In this document: positions 35,570-44,797 of the stretch, piece by piece
How the letters are laid out: each line of letters starts with the position of its first letter
Position numbering within the stretch: the stretch's first letter is position 1
Source: Candidatus Latescibacterota bacterium
GTDB lineage: Bacteria; Latescibacterota; UBA2968; UBA8231
Reading direction: 5' to 3'
NCBI GenBank assembly: GCA_029941565.1
Contig: JAPYRN010000019.1
Coordinates: forward strand, 4,228 to 68,227
Length of the DNA: 64,000 nt
Notes under the pieces: model-generated
Database searches by the model: none
Told to the model about the DNA's origin: nothing
The model's input: the letters and a program-made list of their open reading frames with translations, nothing else
Program-made: the position numbers and the translations under genes

Positions 35570-37549
35570 CTAACTCGTCGAACTGCCGCCGTCGGTGTCG
35601 GTAGTGTCATCCTCCGACGCCGTACTTCCACCAGCCACCTCGGTGCCGCCAGCCTCCAGGTTTGGGGCCCCATTGTCGGCCACCGTGTTGTCGTGATCGG
35701 CGGTGCTACCGTTGCCCGAGGCGGAACTGAGGTCACCGTCGGCGGGTGCCTTGCCGAGCAGGCGGCGCAGTTGTTCCCCTTCCATGATCTCTTTCTCAAA
35801 GAGAATGACCACCACCTCTTCGAGAGTGTCACGCTTTTCCTTGAGAGTCTGCAGAGCGCGGCGATAACTTGCGGCGATGATTTCACCGACCTCTTCATCG
35901 ATGCGCCGTGCGGTCTCCTCGCTGTAATCGCGGTCGGAGCCACCCATCCCCAGGAATTGGCTCTGATTGCGATCATCGCGATGCGCGACCAGTCCCAGCG
36001 TCTCGCTCATGCCATACTCCTTGACCATGCTTTCCGCCAGTTGCGTGGCTCGCATCAGGTCATTGGCGGCCCCCGTGGAATTCTCGTTGAAGACCAGATC
36101 CTCCGCCGCACGCCCACCCAGCAGGCCACAGATCCGACCGAGCAACTCCGGCTTCGTCATCAGGTAACGATCTTCGATGGGGCTGTTCAGCGTATACCCA
36201 AGTGCCCCCACGCCACGAGGGATGATGGAGATCTTCTGCACAGGATTCGTGTCATCAATCATTTCCCCAACGATCGCGTGACCCGCCTCATGGTAGGCGA
36301 CGATGCGGCGTTCTTTTTCGTTGAGGACGCGACTCTTGCGCTCCAACCCGGCCACTGCCCGCTCCACAGCCTCGGTCAGTTCGTCCATCGTGATGGCAGT
36401 TTTGTTACGCCGCGCCGCCAGCAGGGCGGCTTCGTTGATGATATTGGCCAGGTCGGCGCCGGAGAACCCTGGCGTACGCACCGCCATGCGGTGGAGGTCG
36501 ACCTCGTCTGCGAGTTTCACATCCTTGGCATGGATTCGCAGAATCGCGTCGCGACCCTTCACGTCGGGACGATCGACGGTGACGGTTCGGTCGAAACGAC
36601 CGGGACGTAACAAGGCCGGATCGAGAATCTCAGGCCGGTTTGTCGCCGCCATGAGAATGACGCCGGCATTCGTGTCGAAACCGTCGAGTTCGGTCAACAA
36701 CTGGTTCAGCGTCTGTTCACGCTCGTCATGGCCGCCAAAGGAACCGACCCCCCGAGCCTTTCCGAGAGCATCCAACTCGTCGATGAAAATGATTGCCGGC
36801 GCATGTTTCTTGGCCTGCTCGAACAGGTCGCGCACCCGGGCGGCACCAACCCCGACAAACATCTCAACGAAATTCGATCCGCTGATTGAAAAGAACGGGA
36901 CCCCCGCCTCCCCGGCTACGGCCTTGGCCAGCAGCGTCTTGCCTGTTCCTGGAGCGCCGACGAGCAGAACCCCACGGGGGATCTTGCCACCGAGGGCCTG
37001 AAAACGCTCCGGTGTTTGTAGGAATTCTACGACTTCCTCCAGCTCTTCTTTCGCTTCGTCGATCCCGGCAACATCGTCGAAGGTGATCCCCGTCCCCTTC
37101 TCCATGTAGACCTTGGCTTTGCTCTTGCCGATCGACATGAGCCCACCCGACCCACCTGACATGCGGCGCGCCATGAACATCCAGATGCCGACGAAGAACA
37201 CAGCAGGCAGGATCCAACCCAATAACGACGTCAGCCACGTAGGTTCACGCTTGCCGTCGTAGTCGGGAACATGCTTCTGTAGCAGTTCGACAAGACCGGG
37301 ATCCTCCATCTTGTTCACGGAGAAGGTCCGCAACCCCTGCTCGGAGGAGCCCTCGGCATAGTACTTGCCGGAAATGTCGTCAGAGCCGACGTAGGCCTCG
37401 GCAACCTGGCCATCCTCCACCCATTGGCGGAAGTCGCTGTACCTCGCCGAGTCGACCTGACCTTCGAAGTAGCTCTGCATGACGAGGAGCAGGAGAATGG
37501 TGAGAATCGCGTACGCGATTGACAGTTGGGTCTTTCGGTCCAGTCGCAT
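35570..37549 (-). CDS. ftsH: ATP-dependent zinc metalloprotease FtsH
   Basis: It has Walker [20 protein letters not shown], Walker [10 protein letters not shown], the SRH region, and the zinc motif HEAGHAIV. The start is chosen at ATG 37549 ([22 protein letters not shown]). It has an unusual ~60-aa G/S/T/D-rich C-terminal tail. Confidence 0.95.
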   Translation of the reverse strand: MRLDRKTQLSIAYAILTILLLLVMQSYFEGQVDSARYSDFRQWVEDGQVAEAYVGSDDISGKYYAEGSSEQGLRTFSVNKMEDPGLVELLQKHVPDYDGKREPTWLTSLLGWILPAVFFVGIWMFMARRMSGGSGGLMSIGKSKAKVYMEKGTGITFDDVAGIDEAKEELEEVVEFLQTPERFQALGGKIPRGVLLVGAPGTGKTLLAKAVAGEAGVPFFSISGSNFVEMFVGVGAARVRDLFEQAKKHAPAIIFIDELDALGKARGVGSFGGHDEREQTLNQLLTELDGFDTNAGVILMAATNRPEILDPALLRPGRFDRTVTVDRPDVKGRDAILRIHAKDVKLADEVDLHRMAVRTPGFSGADLANIINEAALLAARRNKTAITMDELTEAVERAVAGLERKSRVLNEKERRIVAYHEAGHAIVGEMIDDTNPVQKISIIPRGVGALGYTLNSPIEDRYLMTKPELLGRICGLLGGRAAEDLVFNENSTGAANDLMRATQLAESMVKEYGMSETLGLVAHRDDRNQSQFLGMGGSDRDYSEETARRIDEEVGEIIAASYRRALQTLKEKRDTLEEVVVILFEKEIMEGEQLRRLLGKAPADGDLSSASGNGSTADHDNTVADNGAPNLEAGGTEVAGGSTASEDDTTDTDGGSSTS

Positions 37550-37717
37550 GTGGAGCCTTCTGATGGGAGCGAACCCGAGCTTGCGCCGAGGGGACGCAAG
37601 CCGCACGTCACAACGTCCAACAGACCGTGTGCGCATGCCGCTAACATGTTGAAGAAGAATCAGTTATGCATAATTAGGGAGAGTGCAGTGCGAAGATAAC
37701 CGGCCAGACATCGCCGG

Positions 37718-37906
37718 TCAAGGTTCAGGCGCCGTCCCCCGCGCCGTTGCATCGCCATCGATGTCGGAGCAATCCTCACCGAGTGCCATCAGCAGGTCGC
37801 CAATGAGCATTGCAGAGGGTTTCCCCTCGACGACGAGGTAGCGTCGTTCGAGAAACGACTCCACCACATCCCGGTCGGCGTGGGATGTCTGATTACGCAT
37901 CGTCAT
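37718..37906 (-). CDS. Hypothetical small protein (62 aa)
   Basis: An ORF between the methyltransferase and ftsH on the same strand. It has no Shine-Dalgarno sequence and no recognised family. Confidence 0.2.
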   Translation of the reverse strand: MTMRNQTSHADRDVVESFLERRYLVVEGKPSAMLIGDLLMALGEDCSDIDGDATARGTAPEP

Positions 37907-37980
37907 GGCATGGCCAAGGCTGGTCTGCCTCCTGCGGGAACATCGACGACGTGTTGCGTCCTCCCCGTTCAGCTCTTGGT

Positions 37981-38817
37981 CTATAGGCTATCGGCTGGTT
38001 CGGCTAGCTCTCCGGTTTTTTCCGCGACAAAGAAGCGTTCGCCATCGGCGAAGATCGACCACGCACGTGGCGGTTGACGCTGCTCGATACGTGTTCGCGT
38101 ATTGCAGTAGAGTATCCGAAAGCCAGCGGCACGGAGCATTCTACGCCAACTCCAGGGAGGTAGGATCTGCAGATACCGAGCCTCCTCGAGTTCATCATCG
38201 ATAAATCGCTCTCCCAATTCCCGCTCGCGCACAGGCAGACCGCACTGGCCCAGCAGGAACCGGACAAAGGCCCGCATCCGCATCGGTGCGTAGCGGTTGA
38301 GAGCGAGCAGGGAATGGGTGCAGAATATCAGACGTCCTCCTGGCCGCAGGACCCGATATACCTCGGACAGCACGCGTCGTTTGCCGGCGATGCCGGGCAC
38401 GAGTTCAAGCCCGTTATACGAATAGAGTGCACCGTCGAAACCTTCATCATGGATCCCCTTGAGTCGACGGGTGTCCATGACGGCAAACTCCGTCAGCTCC
38501 TCAACGCCGAGTTGCCGAGCCTGCTCCCGGGCAACATCAATCATCAACTCGCTGATATCGATGCCGAAGGCGGGCAGTCCGATTTCGGCGAGAGCGACGG
38601 TCGTGCGTCCGGCGCCACAACCAAGGTCCAGAATTCGCGCTTCGTCAGGAAAATAGTCGAGGATGAGACTCTCTTCCGAGGGCCATAATCCGACGGAGGC
38701 ATAACGGGAGACGATTTCGGGCGACTCGTACGCAGTGCGGACCAGTTGCAGGATCGCCAAATCCCGGTCGTCCTGCGCATCCTCTGAGTGAGGGACTTCA
38801 CCGCGGGGAGATGTCAT
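37981..38817 (-). CDS. Class I SAM-dependent methyltransferase
   Basis: 278 aa with motif I ILDLGCGAGRTTVALAEIG and the post-I GIDISELMI. Confidence 0.8.
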   Translation of the reverse strand: MTSPRGEVPHSEDAQDDRDLAILQLVRTAYESPEIVSRYASVGLWPSEESLILDYFPDEARILDLGCGAGRTTVALAEIGLPAFGIDISELMIDVAREQARQLGVEELTEFAVMDTRRLKGIHDEGFDGALYSYNGLELVPGIAGKRRVLSEVYRVLRPGGRLIFCTHSLLALNRYAPMRMRAFVRFLLGQCGLPVRERELGERFIDDELEEARYLQILPPWSWRRMLRAAGFRILYCNTRTRIEQRQPPRAWSIFADGERFFVAEKTGELAEPADSL

Positions 38818-38847
38818 CTAGTGCCGTGTCTCGGAAATAGCCTTGTA

Positions 38848-38999
38848 GAATTCGGGCGTCGCGGCGCCCGGTTCGCAAGGCGCGAGAGGGATGCATATTG
38901 GTGAAATACACAGAGCGAGCGCAACGCCGCGAGCCGGGATGCCCCGACGGCCGAATACAAGGATTGTTCCAAGACAGGCAACTATTGTCCAGTCGCAGG
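38848..38999. repeat. Intergenic repeat element, copy 1 (diverged, partly deleted)
   Basis: Hand alignment to 41584-41763. Shared features, in order, are gaattc..gcg, gcccgg...caaggcgcg, and a 41-nt core. The core cacagagcgagcgcaacgccgcgagccgggatgccccgacg (38909-38949) matches 33 of 41 positions in copy 2. Further shared features are gaata and ttcc..gacagg, then ctattgtccagtcgcagg (38982-38999) versus ctattgtcctgtcgcaga in copy 2. Confidence 0.5.
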
Positions 39000-39012
39000 C
39001 TCGGCGCAGGGG

Positions 39013-40218
39013 TCAGGCCAGCAGGCCAGGATTCTCGAGGATATCCTTGAGTCGCTGCAGGAAACGGGCAGCCATGGCGCCATCGATAGCGCGATGATCG
39101 GCGGACAGGGTGAGGCGCAACACAGGCCGTATCGCCATGCTGTCACCGAGGGCGACGACGGTCCGCTCAATGGCGCCGACGGCGAGAATTGCCACCTGCG
39201 GCGGGTTGATGATTGCGGTGAATCGAGTGATACCGAACATGCCGAGATTCGATATTGTGAAACTTCCCCCCGTGAGGTCGTCGACGCTCAAGCGGTTGTG
39301 ACGCGCGCCATCGATAAGACGACGCGACTCTGCGGCAATATCGTCGATATTCAGTGCTGCCACGTTGCGCACGATGGGCACCATCAGCCCCTGTGGGGTA
39401 TCGGTGGCGATGCCGATGTCGACGGCGGCGTGCTGGTGAATGCGACCGTCCAACAGGTGGCTGTTCAGCCGTGGATGTTCCTGCAGGACGGTTCCCGTCG
39501 CCTTGAGAATTAGATCGTTGTAGGAAACCTTGGTGCCCTCGGCAACATATCCGGCGCGGAACTGCTCGAGCCAGACGGCAGAGACCACTGTCTCCAGATA
39601 GATGTGCGGCGCCTGTTGATAACTGGTTGTCAGGCGCTCAGCTGCAATCCGCTGAGGCCGAGTCAGTTCCACCACCTGTGTGGTGTCGGCCACCTGTGCG
39701 GTGTCGATTGCTGCAAGCCTCGGGGCGCCGTCAGACTGGATGCGGGCATCGATGTCGGCGCTGACGATTCGACCGGAGGGGCCGGTGCCTATGACAGTCG
39801 CCAGATCAACTTCGTGCTCGGCAGCGATTCTGCGGGCCTTGGGCGAGGCCCGATGGGGCCGGCCATTGCCACGATTTTCTACAGGAACTCTTTCGGCTGG
39901 AGGTAACGGCGCATCCCTTCGAGGCGCCGGGGCTGCGTCAGGCATGGGGACAGCGGTTTCGAAACCACTGATGTCCTCGTCAGCAGTGGCGATGACACCG
40001 ATCGGGGTGGCCACATCAACTTCCGCCCCGGCCTCGACAAAAATCCGGCGCAGGATGCCGTCTGATTGGGCCTCAACCTCCATCGTCACCTTGTCAGTCA
40101 CGACCTCAAGAAGCGGTTCTCCTCGTTGAACCGTCTCTCCTTCGGCCTTCAACCACACACCGATCGTGCCACGCTCCATCGTCAGTCCCAGTTTGGGCAT
40201 GACCACTTCCGTCGCCAT
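39013..40218 (-). CDS. 2-oxoacid dehydrogenase complex E2 (dihydrolipoamide acyltransferase)
   Basis: 401 aa. It has an N-terminal lipoyl domain (LLEVVTDKVTMEVEA), a peripheral-subunit-binding domain (ASPKARRIAAEHEVDL), and a catalytic domain with the DHRAIDG motif. Confidence 0.9.
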   Translation of the reverse strand: MATEVVMPKLGLTMERGTIGVWLKAEGETVQRGEPLLEVVTDKVTMEVEAQSDGILRRIFVEAGAEVDVATPIGVIATADEDISGFETAVPMPDAAPAPRRDAPLPPAERVPVENRGNGRPHRASPKARRIAAEHEVDLATVIGTGPSGRIVSADIDARIQSDGAPRLAAIDTAQVADTTQVVELTRPQRIAAERLTTSYQQAPHIYLETVVSAVWLEQFRAGYVAEGTKVSYNDLILKATGTVLQEHPRLNSHLLDGRIHQHAAVDIGIATDTPQGLMVPIVRNVAALNIDDIAAESRRLIDGARHNRLSVDDLTGGSFTISNLGMFGITRFTAIINPPQVAILAVGAIERTVVALGDSMAIRPVLRLTLSADHRAIDGAMAARFLQRLKDILENPGLLA

Positions 40219-40241
40219 GAATCAACCGCCCTCTAGCCAAC

Positions 40242-40436
40242 TCACCGCTTGTTCTTACGCGGTGAGTTGCCCGCCGGATTCTCTACACTCGCAGAATCCT
40301 CGGTGCCGGTGTCAGCGCCCCCTACGGGTGCGCCATTCTGCACAAACTTATGGTATGCGACACTACCCCAGATGGCGACGAGGCCCATGATGGACACGAT
40401 CAGGATCGTGCGGTCCGGTTCCACCATTTCTTGCAT
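40242..40436 (-). CDS. Small single-pass membrane protein (64 aa), hypothetical
   Basis: It has one hydrophobic segment (ILIVSIMGLVAIWGSVAY). A GAGG lies 7 nt upstream of the ATG. It sits between the GT9 and E2 genes on the same strand. Confidence 0.4.
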   Translation of the reverse strand: MQEMVEPDRTILIVSIMGLVAIWGSVAYHKFVQNGAPVGGADTGTEDSASVENPAGNSPRKNKR

Positions 40437-40491
40437 TTTGCTTCCTCTCTAAGTGGTACTGACTCGGCGAAGATCCCCACCTTGGGACACG

Positions 40492-41580
40492 TTAGTCCAC
40501 ACTCTCGACCGGCGACTCATGCAGAGCTCGATCCAATGCCGAAACGACCTGCGTGATGCTGATAGCGTAGATGTCTCGGTGCTGCACAATTTCGACCCAG
40601 TCCTTGCGACGGGGTACCCAACGATGGACATCCTCGTCGAAGATTGCTACGCAGGGCAACTGCAGCGAGATCGCCAGGTGCAGGACATCGGTGTTGCAGG
40701 AGATCAAGGCCTGACAGCCTTCGAGCAAGGCTGCAACACGGGAGAGGTCGTCTTGTTCGAAGGGGAGGACCCGGTTGCCATGCGTCTTTTTAAGATAGTT
40801 GACCTGCTTGCGCTGGGCGAATGAAAAGAACAATACCGCCCTTGCGCCCCGTTCGATCACACGGCCGACAATGTCGTCAAGTTGACTGCCACCGAATCCT
40901 TGTCCCTCACCGGAAGACAGATCAATCCCAATGACGTTGCCAGTGGCAAAGTCGCCGTCCAGATAACGCTCCCGCAGCTGACGGCCCCTGGCGTCACCGA
41001 TGGTCCATTGAACCTCACCGCAGACATCGAGACCCAAAATGCGCAGCATGCCCTGATATTGATCGGCTTCGTATTCCCCTTCCGAGCGGCTGACAATTTC
41101 GAGATTGTAGGGCGACAGACTCTCTCGTTGGAACCCGATCCTGAGTCGAGCTCCACAGAGGCCGCACAACTGCGCCATGCGGTAGCTGCAGTCGGGTCCA
41201 AGACATAAAGCCAAGTCGTAGGACTGCTCACGCAACTGCTTGACGAAGCCGCGAAATTCAGCTGACCAGAGCTTCAGCGATTCGGAGGTGACGACGACAT
41301 TGTCGACAAAAGGGATCTGCCGGGCGAGCGCCGCCCAACGCTCACTTGTGAGCAGATTGATTTCTGCTTCGGGGTATTGCTGGCGAATCGATTGGTAGAT
41401 GGTGGCACCGAGGAACAGACCGCCGACGCGATCGTTGGGCATCAGCAATAGTTTCTTTGCGCGGCGCAGTTCCCCGAAGATATCGAGCCGCTCGTCAGGC
41501 GCCGGCTGCAATCCACGCCAGTGCATGGCGAGACGTTCGGCAACTGTGCCACGCAACCACTTGCCGTTCACGAAGGGCAA
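40492..41580 (-). CDS. Glycosyltransferase family 9 (heptosyltransferase-like)
   Basis: 362 aa. KKLLLMPNDRVGGLFLGATIYQSIRQQYPEAEINLLT and the C-terminal LISCNTDVLHLAISLQLPCVAIF are typical of GT9. The TTG start abuts an AGGAG, so the GTG at codon 4 is an alternative start. Confidence 0.8.
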   Translation of the reverse strand: MPFVNGKWLRGTVAERLAMHWRGLQPAPDERLDIFGELRRAKKLLLMPNDRVGGLFLGATIYQSIRQQYPEAEINLLTSERWAALARQIPFVDNVVVTSESLKLWSAEFRGFVKQLREQSYDLALCLGPDCSYRMAQLCGLCGARLRIGFQRESLSPYNLEIVSRSEGEYEADQYQGMLRILGLDVCGEVQWTIGDARGRQLRERYLDGDFATGNVIGIDLSSGEGQGFGGSQLDDIVGRVIERGARAVLFFSFAQRKQVNYLKKTHGNRVLPFEQDDLSRVAALLEGCQALISCNTDVLHLAISLQLPCVAIFDEDVHRWVPRRKDWVEIVQHRDIYAISITQVVSALDRALHESPVESVD

Positions 41581-41583
41581 CTC

Positions 41584-41763
41584 CTATTGTCCTGTCGCAG
41601 AGATAGGTTAATGAATTCAGACGGCGAGACGCCCGGGGCACCCACCGCGGGTGGGTCGGTACAAGGCGCGCGATCGATGTGGGTCAGTGGACCCACAGAG
41701 TGAGCGCAACGCAGTGAGCACGGATGGCTCGGCGTCTGAATATTGACGAATTCCTGCGACAGG
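41584..41763. repeat. Intergenic repeat element, copy 2 (terminal inverted repeats plus internal hairpins)
   Basis: The outer inverted repeat is cctgtcgcag (41591-41600) and ctgcgacagg (41754-41763). The inner inverted repeat is ttcagacg (41616-41623) and cgtctgaa (41733-41740). A gaattc sits in each arm. The internal hairpins are cccaccgcgggtggg (41641-41655) and gtgggtc-agtg-gacccac (41679-41696). The core contains agtgagc-gcaacgc-agtgagc. Confidence 0.55.
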
Positions 41764-41766
41764 ACA

Positions 41767-42550
41767 CTAGCGCCATTGAGCAGAAAGAATTGGTTGGCGG
41801 GGCGGCTGCGCGCGCGACGGCAAGCCGGGGGCATTACCAGAACTTGGCCTCCGCCTTGGCGACTTGGGACAGTCACGTGGTTCGAAACGATGCAGACGAT
41901 CGCTGACACCGAGACCATTCATGATGACGCTGTACAGATCGAGAGCGGCTCCGGACTTTGGCGCATTGAGCACGACGGGACGTCGTTTTTCGCACGCATC
42001 GAGCATCTTGTCGTCATTGCGCACGTAGCCAACGTATTCAACTTCCGTAGATAGATACTGGCGCACGAGTTGGATGAAGCGATGCACTTCGGCGATGTGC
42101 CGCCTAGCGTGGACGCGATTGAGAATCAGCTTTGGGCGATAATCGCCCAACATGACCCGAGCCTCCTGCCCAGGCTATCGACCTCGCGCGTCAAGAACGT
42201 GCTCTCTTCGGCGGTGACACCTGGTCGAAGAATAGATGTAGATCAGCGCCCCCGAGATCACCATCGACAATGATTACTTTGTAGCCAAGAAGAGACGGAC
42301 CGACGCCGATATTGGCCGTCAGTGTGGACTTTCCGGTCCCCCCCTTGCCACCTGGCCAGATTACGGTTTCCGGCACTTTGCAGTCGAGATCGATAACGTT
42401 GGCGTGAGCGGCGGCCGGGACGAGGCGCGTCGGTCGAAGCTCGGTCTCAAGCTGTGCCGTCATGTGGCTTGGGGACCCTACGCTTGGAAATGGGGAGTGG
42501 TAACGGTACTGCCGACCCGATTCGGGTGTCAAGACCCGGACGGCCGGCAT
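41767..42550 (-). pseudogene. MinD/ParA-type P-loop ATPase remnant with an internal deletion
   Basis: The N-terminal fragment (42191..42550) ends WPGGKGGTGKSTLTANIG...GYKVIIVDGDLGGADLHLFF and then reaches a stop. The C-terminal fragment (41767..42153) begins PKLILNRV...VEYVGYVRNDDKMLDACEKRRPVVLNAPKSGAA. Only 37 nt separate them. About 120 aa are therefore missing, including switch I/II and Walker B. Confidence 0.6.
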
Positions 42551-42645
42551 CTATTCTGTCGGCAATCGGCATGACCTCTGCAGTGGCTCGGCCAGTTGCC
42601 GCCCCGCGTCTGGCCTGTACATTTGGAACCCATCCTCGCAATCAG

Positions 42646-43137
42646 ATGATTTGGCGGACCGTGTCCCATCCACCCCCGACAACTACACGTGATTTCACCG
42701 CCACTACATTCGTGGTACGAGATAAGTCCACCTTGTTGTTGTGGCACAATAAGATAGGGGCATGGTTCCCACCCGGGGGGCATATCGACCCTAACGAACT
42801 TCCGGAGGAGGCCGCGCTGCGAGAAGTCGCGGAGGAAAGCGGTTTGAAAGTGGAACTTGTCACCACCGGCACCGTCGCCGGAACTATGGGACATGTACGT
42901 CTGCTGCACTCCCCGGTCTGTATCCTACTCGAGGATATCGAGCCCGGTCACCAGCACATTGACCTGATTTACTTCGCCAGAACAATAGACGACCGGGCAC
43001 CGAGTCTGAACCTGCGTGAGGCGGCGCGACTGCGCTGGTGCACCTGGGAAGAGTTGGGAGCCGACGACATCGCCCAGGACATTCGTGTCCTCGGCCGTCA
43101 GGCGATCGAGATCGTCAGCGGAGCACGTGACACGTGA
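42646..43137 (+). CDS. NUDIX hydrolase
   Basis: The Nudix box is [24 protein letters not shown] (GX5EX7REUXEEXGU). The start is chosen at ATG 42646, and upstream in-frame ATGs are possible. Confidence 0.8.
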   Translation: MIWRTVSHPPPTTTRDFTATTFVVRDKSTLLLWHNKIGAWFPPGGHIDPNELPEEAALREVAEESGLKVELVTTGTVAGTMGHVRLLHSPVCILLEDIEPGHQHIDLIYFARTIDDRAPSLNLREAARLRWCTWEELGADDIAQDIRVLGRQAIEIVSGARDT

Positions 43138-44072
43138 CCACCCTTGTGCTGAACTCGGCCCGATACCTTGACCACGACATGGGGGATGGGCACCCGGAGC
43201 GACCCCAGCGCCTGCAAGCGATTCGGGCCGGCCTCGAGGTCGCCCCCATTTCAGGTCTCGAGTGGCAGGAGTCGACACCGGCGCCGCTCGAGGCCCTGCA
43301 TACCAACCACAGCGAGGAGCATGTGAGTCTGATCCGGCGTCTCAGTGACGGGGGTGAAATTCGCGCGATCACCGCAGACACCGCAGTGGGCCCCGCCACT
43401 TGGGACGCGGCGCGACTCGCTTCGGGTGGGGCCCTGGCAGCGGCCGATTCCGTGCTGTCCGGGCGCGCCCACAATGCCTTCTGCCTGCACCGTCCCCCAG
43501 GCCACCACGCCGAGCGGAATCAGGGGATGGGATTCTGCTTCTTCAACCATGTCGCCATCGCCGCCCGTCATCTCCGATCTCGAGGCATCGGTCGCGTTGC
43601 CATCATTGACTGGGACGTCCATCACGGCAATGGCACACAGAACGCCTTCTACCACGACCCGGATGTATTCTTCTTCAGCGTACATCAGTCCCCCCACTAC
43701 CCCGGTACGGGGGACAGACAGGAAACGGGGGCCGGAGCCGGCATCGGCACGACGCTCAATGTGCCCATCGCCGCGGGCCAGGGCGACGACGAGTATGCTG
43801 CGATTGTAGATCAGCAACTTCGACCAGCGCTGGAACGGTTCCGGCCCGACTTCCTGTTGTTATCGGCAGGCTTCGACGCCCACCGGCTGGATCCGTTGGG
43901 TGACATGGAGTTAACCGAGCAGGGATTCGCCCGTCTTACGACACAAGTTGCCGAGATGGCCCACGATCTGTGCGAGGACAGACTGGTCAGTATGCTGGAA
44001 GGCGGCTACGACCTGGATGGGACGGCGGCGGCGGTGCGAGCGCACCTTGAGGTGCTCGCCACCGCGGGCTAG
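43134..44072 (+). CDS. Histone deacetylase-family amidohydrolase (AcuC/HDAC-like)
   Basis: 312 aa with [41 protein letters not shown] and GGYD motifs. The GTG start overlaps the NUDIX stop. Confidence 0.9.
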   Translation: MTTLVLNSARYLDHDMGDGHPERPQRLQAIRAGLEVAPISGLEWQESTPAPLEALHTNHSEEHVSLIRRLSDGGEIRAITADTAVGPATWDAARLASGGALAAADSVLSGRAHNAFCLHRPPGHHAERNQGMGFCFFNHVAIAARHLRSRGIGRVAIIDWDVHHGNGTQNAFYHDPDVFFFSVHQSPHYPGTGDRQETGAGAGIGTTLNVPIAAGQGDDEYAAIVDQQLRPALERFRPDFLLLSAGFDAHRLDPLGDMELTEQGFARLTTQVAEMAHDLCEDRLVSMLEGGYDLDGTAAAVRAHLEVLATAG

Positions 44073-44088
44073 ACTCAGCTCTCTGTTA

Positions 44089-44787
44089 TCATCTGAGACT
44101 AGTGAAAATGTGAATATCGACGGCGTGGTCGAGAGCATTCCACTGCACCTCGATCTGATCCTGCCGATGGTCGTATCCTGCCCGAGCCATCGCCTCGAGA
44201 AAGGGACGCGCCGCGGGCCGTCCCGGGTCGCTGAGGATAAAGCGGCCACCAGGCGCCAGTAGGCCCCGGACCGTGCGTTGCAGATACGGATGTAGACTCT
44301 TTTCGTAGGCCACATCCGAACCGACCAAGACGGGGTTGGGCATACCGACAGGATGGCTCCAGTCGAGATAGGAGACGGTATGCCGGCTGCCAACGCCATT
44401 GCGTTCGGCGTTGTGGGCGGTGAAGACCAACGCGTCTTCGACAAAATCGGTGGCTTCCACCATCCACCCGAGGCTGGCCAGGGTAACGCCCACGAGCCCC
44501 AAACCACAGCCCAACTCCAGGGCCCGTGCGGGAGGCTGCTCTGCCAGGGCCAACCATCGTGATAGGGCCAGGGATGCCGGCCAGATCTCAGCCCAGTAGG
44601 GAAACCGCGTAACCCTGTCGCGAGTGCCGGACTCCTGCTCCTGTTCGATGAGCCTGTCGAGCAGTTCATAGGCGTCCGTCGTCTCGACCATCGACAGCTT
44701 CAGGTCGTCATCGATGCCGACATCCACCTCCTTCGTGTCGTACTTCCTCAGGGTTCGGGAAATCTGCCGGCGGGAATAGCGCTTCAC
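44089..44787 (-). CDS. Class I SAM-dependent methyltransferase (lysine-methyltransferase/Methyltransf_16-like)
   Basis: It has FPYWAEIWPASLALSRWLA and ALELGCGLGLVGVTLASLG. The ORF is open up to 44874, but that stretch overlaps the upstream gene. I chose the GTG at 44787, with ATG 44691 as an alternative. Confidence 0.7.
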   Translation of the reverse strand: MKRYSRRQISRTLRKYDTKEVDVGIDDDLKLSMVETTDAYELLDRLIEQEQESGTRDRVTRFPYWAEIWPASLALSRWLALAEQPPARALELGCGLGLVGVTLASLGWMVEATDFVEDALVFTAHNAERNGVGSRHTVSYLDWSHPVGMPNPVLVGSDVAYEKSLHPYLQRTVRGLLAPGGRFILSDPGRPAARPFLEAMARAGYDHRQDQIEVQWNALDHAVDIHIFTSLR

Positions 44788-44797
44788 GAAAGTGCCG

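Noticed and set aside
35693-36610. 305-aa plus-strand ORF
   Set aside because: It is antisense to ftsH (Walker A/B, HEAGH), so it is a shadow ORF.
37579-37601. 7-bp hairpin gcttgcg-N9-cgcaagc in the ftsH leader
   Set aside because: It is a single small stem with no conserved riboswitch-like features or repeats elsewhere in the window. This is not enough to call a regulatory element.
44069-44102. 10-bp imperfect (9/10) hairpin ctagactcag...ctgagactag between the convergent HDAC-like and methyltransferase genes, a possible bidirectional terminator
   Set aside because: It has a 14-nt loop, one mismatch and no flanking T/A tract. Both stop codons fall inside or near the arms. This is too weak to call.
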